From Hyaloraphidium curvatum SAG 235-1 (lineage: Eukaryota; Fungi; Monoblepharomycota), in contig JAIVFI010000039.1 of NCBI GenBank assembly GCA_025558095.1, positions 1-64,000 on the forward strand: a stretch of DNA of 64,000 nucleotides, read 5' to 3'. The position numbers were made by a program, and so were the translations under genes. Below, one piece after another: positions 55,683-64,000 of the stretch (positions within the stretch are counted from its first letter, which is position 1; every line of letters starts with the position of its first letter). The notes under the pieces were generated by a model. It saw only the letters and a program-made list of their open reading frames with translations, was not told the origin of the DNA and made no database searches.

Positions 55683-57074
55683 ATGTCGTTTTCCGCGGGC
55701 TGCGACGCGCCCCCGCTCGAATGCGAGCCCGGCAAGGCGCCCGCGTCCCCTTTCCGCGGAAACGGCGCGCGCCCCGAATCGGAGCCGCCTTCGTCGCCGC
55801 GCACCCTGGTCGACGACGGCGAGCACAACGGAGGAGCTGATGTGCACGTCAAGGCCGAGCCTGAGGACGAGGACGACGATGTGATCATCGTTTCGGTCAA
55901 GCGGGCGCTGAAGAGAGTCGCGCCGTCCCCCGAGCCGGTACTTGACCATGCGGGCGCCTGCTTCATCTGCCTTTTGGACACTCCCCATGCCGAGGCGTCG
56001 TTCTGCTACGCTGGACACGTGTGCCACACCGGTTCGTGATCACCCGCGGCGGCGCGGCCCGACCAGCGTTGCCCTAACGCCTTGCAGCATGTCTCGGACG
56101 CTATGTCAAGGTCGTTTCCAAGCGCGGTGTAGACGGTACGCTCACCGTCCTGGCCTGCGATCATGGCAAGGCGGAGGGCACGCCGTGCGGCAAAGGGTTC
56201 CCTGAACGGGAAGTCATCGTCGCCATGCCTGACCCGAAGGTGCATGAGCGTGTAGATGAAAGCCAGACGCGGACCCTTATGCGCGCTCATTCAGATTAGG
56301 GAGGAAGTGGCAAAGCTCGAAACGGAGAAGGCGGTTCTGAACTCGACCGGTCCCGAGGTGGTGCACCAGACAGTTTGCTGCGGGGCGCTTGGCCTCGCCG
56401 GGAAGCAGCAATGGAAAGCCAAGTGCCCGGATTGCGGGTAAGGATCCCTCCGCATCCACCATCATTCTCGTAGCTGACACATTCACAGGAAGGAGCATTG
56501 CATCAAGTGTGGGATTCCCTGGGTCTCCAATCACCACCGGCTCAAGGGCGGCTGCACAGACCAGGCTGAAGAGGACGGAAGCACGTTGGGCGAACCACCC
56601 GCCGACCCTGCAGACCCGGAAGCCCAGGAACAGGCTGTCGTGAACGCGGTGGAAAGGATCCTGACCAATGCCGTAACGACTATCTGCCCGAGGCCTGCTT
56701 GCAGGAAACCTGTCATGCGCGAATCCGGCTGCAGCCACATTACGTGCAGCATTTGCGACATACACTTCTGCTTCACGTGCCGCATGTCATCAGCTACGAA
56801 AACCGCCATCTACAACCACTTCTGCGAGAAGCCCGATTGCGACCATTCCGCTTGCTGCCTCCGGAGCAATATCCTCACAAACAAGGCCAAAGCTCTCGCT
56901 AGATCTTCGGCCCTGCTTGCCGAGAACGAGGCGCAGCTCGGACGGATGCTGCCCAGGGTGAGGGAAATCATGGACGATTTCAAGCACGGCTCGACTGCAT
57001 CGCCCAAGAGAGTCCATGGAGAGGTTCAGGGGCCCGGAGCCAGAGGAGTGGGGGGGCCGGCGAAGAAGAGGTAG
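55683..57074 (+). CDS. RBR E3 ubiquitin ligase
   Basis: CFIC..CYAGHVCH RING1, KCPDCG IBR-like and CPRPACRKPVMRESGCSHITCSICDIHFCFTC Rcat; multi-exon. Confidence 0.78.
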
Positions 57075-57213
57075 TCCCGAGTCGGATGACTTCATGTTGC
57101 CTCTGCTGACGCTTCATATAGGGCTCGCAAGTGAAGCATTTGGATCTATTCGCCGTAGTAGAGTGTGCAAGGAAGTGTGGGCGTCGTGTTGACATCGAAA
57201 GACATTCGTATGC

Positions 57214-58216
57214 TCATAGCTTTCCCGACTGATCCCCGTCGAGCCTGTCCTCCTTGACGGCCAGCAGCACGCTCGCCCAGTCCAGCTCCCCGGCCCCGCT
57301 GGTGACCCTCGACTCGAAGTGCTTCTTGACGACCTCCCCGACGGCAAGCCTCTGCCCTGCGCGGGCGGCGACCCCCAGCGCGAGGCTGACGTCCTTTATC
57401 CCGCCCCTAACCGGGAATCCGGGGTGCTCGGGCGAGTTCTGGAAGTTCTCCTGGGCGATGTTGGTCGCGTATGCCTTCAAAGCAGGCGACGGCATAAAGA
57501 GCCCGACAAAATCCAGCAGCTTCTCCCTCGGCAGCCCTCCCGCGTCCGCGATGGCCATGGCCTCCGAGATCACCTCGAGCGTGGACGCAAGCATGAAGTT
57601 GCCCGCGACCTTCATCACGTTGGCGAGTTCGGCGCGGTCCCCTTGGTCCCACACCGCGCGCGTGAACCCGTCCACGAAAGGTCGTACGGCGGCCTTGGCG
57701 GCCGGCGGCCCGGCGAGCACCCCCACGAGAAGCTTGTTCCGGGCCGCGTCCGGGCGACCAAAGACAGGGCAGGCGACGAGGGTCGCGCCGACGGAGGAGA
57801 GGATCGCGGAGGCCTTGGCCATGGTTTCCGGATCTACCGTCGCGCACGACACGTAGATGAGCGAAGGGGTGCGCGTCGAAAGATCTGCCGGGCGTACAGC
57901 ACACGTGAGTACACGTGAGTGGCAGCAATGGCGACGTGCCGAGGGAAGAATGCGTACCGGCAACGCGCTTCGCCACTTCCAAGAGCGCCGCGTCGTCAAA
58001 GACCATGCTGAACACGATGCTGCAGTTCGAAAAGACCTCGTCCACATCTTTGGCCTCCGTACCGCCGGCGGCGACGATCTCTGTGGCCTTGCCCGGCGAC
58101 CTATTGTGGACCATGAGGGATTGGCCTGCTGCCGCGAGGTGCTTCTGCAGGTTCAGCGCCATGGCGGCGCCCATCGCGCCGAGGCCGTGGAAGCCGACGC
58201 GCGGAGAGCTCGACAT
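57214..58216 (-). CDS. NAD-dependent beta-hydroxyacid dehydrogenase (3-hydroxyisobutyrate/6PGD-like family)
   Basis: VGFHGLGAMG, VHNRS, ACPVFGRP, ANVMKVAGN and GIKDV motifs; one intron. Confidence 0.9.
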
Positions 58217-58553
58217 TGCAGGGAGGCGAACGGAGCGGCCGGCGAGCTGGTGTGGGGTCGACGCTGTCGCTCGTTTACGCTGAATCGTCGAGCGAGCCGT
58301 TTGGAGCGGCGGACGGTCCTCCCGCGATCCGAGACCGGAATCGCTGCAATTTTCGTTCCTGCAAATGTCTAGATTCGGCAATCCATCCACTACTGGTGAG
58401 ATCCTCCCGACACGGAAACGGAACCACAGCAGCCGATCTACTCCGATCGCACGCACTGACGTGGCAGGACGCCAACAAGCAAACTCGCAACAACGAGCTG
58501 GCACCCCGTCTCCACACTTCGAAACTTCACTTCTCCCTCGACTGTCCTTGGCA

Positions 58554-59029
58554 ATGTCTTCTGTGGTCTCAAATCTCGAGACGCGGCAGTATTGCGGCGG
58601 CGGCTACTACTGTAAGCTGCCCAGGCCTCCAATTCGGCTCTCTGACGTGGCCCCGGGACGCAGATCGCCCGAACTTCTGGTACCTTTGGCTGCTCTCCCG
58701 TACGTGACTCTTCACTCTCGCTCAAGCGCAGAATCTGACGTTCTCGTCCGGCGATAGTGTTGTTCCTCCTCATCCCCTGCTGCCTCATCATGCGGCGCCG
58801 CCGGCAAGCACGCTTGGCAACGTCTTTCCAGCCCCAAGAAGCGGTCAACATTTACGCCGTGCCGATGAACCAGCCGTACCCCGGGCCCTCGCACAACTCG
58901 ATCTACAACGCTCCCATCGCTGCCCCTGCGCCTGCCGCTCTCTATGGAAACCCGCCTCCCTACGGATCTGGCTATCCGTTGAAGAACGCCTACGATGAGG
59001 AATGGAAGAACGGACAGAGGGGATTCTAG
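58554..59029 (+). CDS. small single-pass membrane protein with PY motifs (Rcr1-like)
   Basis: RQYCGGGYY, TM ending CCLIMRRRR, Pro/Tyr-rich tail with PPPY; 2 introns. Confidence 0.6.
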
Positions 59030-59111
59030 GCCGGGGAAGAGCGAGGGAAAAGGGACGGAGACAGACATGTAGACCAGATCTTTCAAGCTCCTACAGCATA
59101 GACATGCAGCT

Positions 59112-60553
59112 TCAAATCCTTCCCTGCTGAGGTGCCAGCGACGCCGACACTCCCATGAGCTCCGGCGCCATCTCGATCACAAACCTCGCCTGGAACTTGC
59201 CGCTCCGCAGCCGGTCCCACGCGGCCGGGATACCGTCGATGGAAACCTTCTCGACGATGGGCTCGACCTTCCCGTGGCTGAGGAGACGGTACGCCTCGCC
59301 GAGCTCGGCGCGGCTGCCCGCAGCGGAACCAATGACCCGGACCGCCTTCAAGACGACGAGCTTGGGGTCGAGGTTGATGCCGCTGGAGACCGAGGTTCAA
59401 GGGTTAGATTCTTGGCTGGCGTGGTGAGGCGTGTTCCATACCCAGGAGGCAGGGCAATCCAGACAGCCGTTCCCCCGGGGCGCGCCATGCGGACGCTGTC
59501 CAAGAAGGCGGCTTCGGCTGTGGCGGTCACTACCACGCCCTGGCAGCCTCCGTCCGTGTACCGCATCACGTTGCTAACGAGCTTCTTGTCGCGGGCGTCG
59601 AACGTGGCCACTGCGCCGAGCTTCTTGGCGAGCTCGAGGCGCTCCTCGGAGACATCGACAGCAATCACGTGGAAGCCCTTGGCAGAGAGGCGTCAGCAAG
59701 TCGAAACGTCCACTGGAAGCCTCCCACTGACCACCGACGCCGCATACTGGATCGCAAGGTGCCCAAGCCCGCCGACTCCCACGATCGCGACCCACGACCC
59801 GGGGCGCACCCCGGCCCTGATGAGCTCCTTCACGCCCGAGTAGACAGTGTGGCCGGCGCACGCGATCGGCGCGGCCGAGAGGAACGGCACGCCGTCGGGG
59901 ATCTTGATGGCGCAGCGGGAATGGATGGTGGCGTACTCGCCGTAGGCTCCGTTCACGGCGGCACCCGACTGCTTGTACTGCCGGCGGGGATGCCGGCGGG
60001 GATAAATCAGCTCAGGATCCGAGGACCGAAGATGGAATACGCACGCCTTTGCAGTGGCTCTCCCTCCCTTCGCGGCACTCGATGCAGTGCTCGCAGCACG
60101 AGTTGATGTTCCCCACGGCAACGCGGTCGCCGACGCGAACATTGCCGGACGCCCGACTTCCGACCTTGACCACGATGCCCGCGCCTTCATGACCAAGTAC
60201 AAGTGGCATCCTCTGGCCGGGCAGGCCAACTTCGCCGTCCGCGAGGTGCAGGTCGCTGTGACAGATCCCGCTCGCGACGATTCGCACCAAGACCTCGTCG
60301 TCGCCAATCTGCGGCACCGGGATCTTCTTGAGGACCGTGTTCGACTGTGGGAAGTGGTGGTCTCCCGTTGATGTAATGGACGTAGATGGTGCAGGGTGAT
60401 CAGCGGAGGAGGGTTGTGTAGCCCCGGGAGATGGGAGACGTTTAGTCGAGACGCCGCCGGGGGGGCCACCGCGAACCTTGAGCTTCTCCAGCACCGCGGC
60501 AGTCACTAAACGCGTGCCGATGGTTACTGCCAGGGCAGATAGGAGCGTGGCAT
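59112..60553 (-). CDS. zinc-dependent alcohol dehydrogenase (MDR family)
   Basis: GICHSDLH, LGHEGAG, CCEHCIEC..ESHC, CAGHTVY and GVGGLGHLAIQYA motifs; multi-exon; first exon tentative. Confidence 0.92.
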
Positions 60554-61001
60554 CGGGCGGAACCCACTGGTTTCAGGCACGGCGGTGAGCTGCGCCAAGA
60601 GCGCGGATGAGTCGTTCGCCGTCATAGCAAAGCGAGCGACGCGTCTCCAATGGGAATGCTCGGTGTTAGGCGCGGGAGCGAGTCCAGCAGAGCAGGACCG
60701 ACGCAAGGGCGTGGGACCGTTGGCACCGGAACTGGACGCTTCTCAAGTGATCGCTTGGCAGTCCGCCACCGAAGGACTCGCACGCGAAGATCACGATGGA
60801 ATTGATAGAAGACGACCAATACAGTCCAATTAGCTAGACGATTTCTTCTCTATTGGAGATCGAAACCCCGCCAGATGGATGAGTAGGAGCAACGCCAGGT
60901 GTGTGGCAAGTCCTCGAAGCACCAGCCCCTTCCCCGGAAACTTCGTCCTGGACCCCAACGCTCGCTCCGGCCGCTCCGCGCTCGAGTGTCCGGTGTACGA
61001 G

Positions 61002-62435
61002 ATGGCCGTGGAACGAGCACCCGACGGGGCGGCGAAGCCGGTCGAACGCGCGGGCGACGACGTGACCCCGGCGAAGCACCCATGGATCGCTGACTGGAAG
61101 GAGCTCGTCGCCCCCGCGGCCTGCGTGGCTGCCGTCGTCGCTTTCAACAAGTCCTCGTACGGGCGTCGGTGGTACGAAGGCCTCGCGGCCGTGAGTCCAG
61201 GAGGAGCTGCCGGGGTCGGCTTGCCTGACGCGCCGTTGCGTCCAGCGCCAGCCCAACAAGGAGCGCCTCGCAAAGAAGCTCTTCTTCGGTATCACGGCTA
61301 CCGTCAACGATGTTGCGTTCTGGGGTGGGCGCTCCCGTTCCTGCACTTGTTGCTCTCTCTAAGCCGTCGGTTCCTCGCAGTTCCAACTCTGGCATTCCTC
61401 GCCCTCGACGCCCTTCAGCCCAAGTGGCTAACCCGCTACCGGCTCCAGAAGGACAAGCCGCCGCCGGGCGCAGTGCATCTCTTGAAGACCTTCGCTGTGT
61501 CCTATGTGATGCAGTACTATGTCGGAGCGATCATGCAGGTCAAGGCTATGTACCCGCTGTGGAGGCGGAACGTCAAGGACGTCGACTTGGTCGTGCGTCT
61601 CTCGGCTTTGTTTCTGAAGCTTCGTGACCGCACTGACGTCGGTGTGCCCCGCAGAAAATGCCGTCGGCCGTGCGCACCGTGCTCGAGTTCCTCTTCTCGG
61701 AAATCCTGGCCGAGATCATCTTCTACGTCACGCACCTGCTCTTCCACACCAAGTACCTTTACCAATGGGTGCACAAGGTTCGTCTGTCGCTCTGTTACGC
61801 TGCGAGACTGGCTCTGAGCCTCTCCCCTCAGCGACACCACGAGAACCGCACCCCGTTCACCCTTGCGACCCTCTACACCGATCCCATTGACATCCTCTTT
61901 AACAACGTCCCCACGGGGTCCCTCCCCACTGCCATCATCGGCGCGCACCCCACGACCCTTTGGGCCTTCAACATCTGTCGGTTCTTCCCGTCGACACTCG
62001 CATTCCAGAATCTGACCGCACATTGTCGCCAGGGCGGAATCTCCATGGCGTCATGGTCCACTGCGGGTACGACCTGCCCGGCATCACCGACGTGCGGCAC
62101 CACGATTGGCACCGTGAGTCCCGACGCCTGATAGAGCTTTCCGGGCGAGCTGACTTCCATCCCCATCTGTCCAGACCGCAAGTTTGACGGCAACTGTGAG
62201 TCTCTGGCGGCTGGCCCTCCTCGCTCGCCGTTTCGCTGACGGCCTCAACCCAGACGGCATCTATGCCGGCATCATCACCCTGGACCGCATCTTCGGCACC
62301 ACGTCGCCGTCGTACCTCAAGTGGCTGACGGAATGGAACAGGAAGCGGGATCCCCTGACGCACCTGGAGCTCAAGGAGGAGCCTGCGGTCGGAAGGAAGG
62401 AGGCGGACGCGGATGGAAAGGCGGTCGTCGCGTAG
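61002..62435 (+). CDS. fatty acid hydroxylase/sterol desaturase family protein
   Basis: His boxes HLLFH, HKRHH, HGVMVHCGY and HHDWHH; multi-exon. Confidence 0.88.
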
Positions 62436-62479
62436 CGAGGCCAAACAATTGTCGTTTCGTGATGATTAGTCATCTTGTG

Positions 62480-63412
62480 TCACATCTTTGCTTTGGCGTC
62501 GTTGCCCTGGGAGTTCATGGCCTCGAGCCTCCTCCCCATCTCCTCGTGCGCATTGAGCAGTCCGGTCAGCCACTCGTTGTCCTCTTCCCCCGTGATTACC
62601 CCGCCGTCCAGCAGCTCCTTCCTCAGGCGCACGCAGATCTCCTTGATTGCCTCGCCGCGGACCGCGAGGTCCCCGTCCGCCGCGACGATCTTCAGCCGCT
62701 CCTCGTACCAAGCCGACTCCGGCAGTTTGGAGAACTCGCGCGGGAGCCACTTCCAGTACGGCGCAAAGTCCCCGCCGAGGAGGAACAGCAGCCTCATCGT
62801 CCCGGCGACGAACTCGCCGACCGCGATTGCTACCGCCAGGGGATCCTCGCGGTGCACGAGTCTCCAGCAAAAGTTGTATTCTCCGTGGTGCCAGACGCGG
62901 AAGCACTCTTCTTTGAGCCTCGTGAGCCGCACGCGGGGAGGGTAACGCGACCACGCGGCGCGGAGTGCGGTGAGCTCGCCAGTGCCGTCGAACCAGACCG
63001 CGCCGCGCCGGAGAAAGTACAGGGATGATTCGAAGCGGGCGTCCCAATCAACGTCCGATGTCGGAGCCGACGGGCGGCCGATCATGGAGGCGAACCAGGC
63101 CGGCACCGACGTGACGATGACGGCCTTGTCTCCCCCGCCCGCCAGGCGGTAACCTTTCCAGGGATTCGGCGACGACGCGTTCAGCTTCTCTGACACCGCG
63201 TCGCCCATCGCCGCAAAGTCCTCCGAGCCCAGGAAGAGCCAGAACTGCGGACCCCACGAGTGGTCGCGCGAGAGCTCGTCGTCGTTCCGGAGGACATCCG
63301 AACCCTGCAGCCGCCCCGCCGCGAAGCGGTCCTCCAGCTCCGGGCAGAGCGAACGGATCGCGGGAAAGCCCCATTCGCGGAAGAAGGCCTCCGCCACGTC
63401 GAGTCCCTGCAT
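62480..63412 (-). CDS. DUF4037-domain, nucleotidyltransferase-fold protein (bacterial-like)
   Basis: GLDVAEAFFREWG, GSDVLRNDDELSRDHSWGP, GAVWFDGTGELT..YPP and APYWKWL motifs; intronless, 310 aa. Confidence 0.8.
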   Translation of the reverse strand: MQGLDVAEAFFREWGFPAIRSLCPELEDRFAAGRLQGSDVLRNDDELSRDHSWGPQFWLFLGSEDFAAMGDAVSEKLNASSPNPWKGYRLAGGGDKAVIVTSVPAWFASMIGRPSAPTSDVDWDARFESSLYFLRRGAVWFDGTGELTALRAAWSRYPPRVRLTRLKEECFRVWHHGEYNFCWRLVHREDPLAVAIAVGEFVAGTMRLLFLLGGDFAPYWKWLPREFSKLPESAWYEERLKIVAADGDLAVRGEAIKEICVRLRKELLDGGVITGEEDNEWLTGLLNAHEEMGRRLEAMNSQGNDAKAKM

Positions 63413-63506
63413 TGTGTGACGGGGAGCAGAGGGAAGCTGCGGTTTACGCGTCGATCCGTAAACAAACGCGTCCCGCCCCATTGCCCGGAATACGTCGCTT
63501 CCTACG

Positions 63507-64000
63507 ATGTCGGGCGGCGGCGGAAAGAAAGGCGTGCCGGCCAAGATGCCGGCCGAGGCCCTGGCGCGGTTCCCGAACGCGGAGCCGATCGGCGCGCCCA
63601 CCGCCACGGGCATGGCGCTGAGCGCGGTCGCGAACGCAAAGTACACGAGCGCGTTGGAGCGGCTGTCAACTGCTCTGGTTGCCCTGCGGACGGCAGCGGA
63701 GGCGAAGGTCGCGGCCGGCGAGGATGCCAGGAGCGCCGGAGGCCGCGGATGCACCGTGCGCCCGGCCGCGGACGCCGTGTCGGACCTGGGCAGAAAGGCG
63801 ATCATGGGCGCGCAGCTCCTCGGACCTGGCGCCGCAGCTCCTGGCCGCGCGTCCGTCCGGACCCCTCGTGCAGATCTCTTTCATGGACGCCTTCAGGGAG
63901 GCCTTCCCGCACATCAGGCGAATCGTGCGGATGGCATCGGACAAGGCGCTGCTCAACTACTTCGTCGCTGGGCCTGCCAAGTTGGTCGGGCTGCCCGTCG
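63507..64000 (+). CDS. partial hypothetical gene running off the window
   Basis: ATG at 63507 with an open, protein-like frame, divergent from the DUF4037 gene; possible frame change near 63800. Confidence 0.35.
   Translation, partial: MSGGGGKKGVPAKMPAEALARFPNAEPIGAPTATGMALSAVANAKYTSALERLSTALVALRTAAEAKVAAGEDARSAGGRGCTVRPAADAVSDLGRKAIMGAQLLGPGAAAPGRASVRTPRADLFHGRLQGGLPAHQANRADGIGQGAAQLLRRWACQVGRAAR

Noticed and set aside
1-64000. Bacterial (actinobacterial-like) origin suggested by high GC; rRNA or tRNA genes
   Set aside because: Abundant spliceosomal introns and fungal-specific domains; no rRNA or tRNA recognised by eye.

Overview
GC-rich (about 70% by eye) eukaryotic DNA, almost certainly fungal. 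It has short GT-AG introns with GCTGAC/GCTCAC-type branch points, a Zn(II)2Cys6 transcription factor and a GT15 mannosyltransferase; an early-diverging zoosporic lineage is an inference. The flanks hold about 25 host genes (MFS transporter, ASH1-like SET methyltransferase, kinase, 5'-nucleotidase, P450, SDR, ADH, RBR-type E3 ligases, C1A protease, glycosyltransferases, secreted proteins) and many decayed MYND-finger paralogues. The centre is a nested mobile-element complex. (1) A full-length, minus-strand CRE-like non-LTR retrotransposon with an RLE endonuclease (31217-43826) is bounded by a 12-bp TSD, GCGGCCGGTTGT, and has three stop/start-overlapping ORFs. (2) Its pol ORF is interrupted by a 5,628-bp AT-richer element (34916-40543) with 773-bp near-perfect terminal inverted repeats, TG...CA ends and a 5-bp TSD, TCGGC. 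This element has no transposase. It carries three intronless cargo genes: a RuvC-less Fanzor1, a permuted papain-like NlpC/P60 enzyme and a coiled-coil/HEPN-like protein. The cargo is punctuated by a family of ~30-bp palindromes that also occur in the TIRs and bracket the HEPN gene like a cassette. This TIR element is the best candidate for an undescribed system. All protein family calls come from motif recognition by eye, not database searches.
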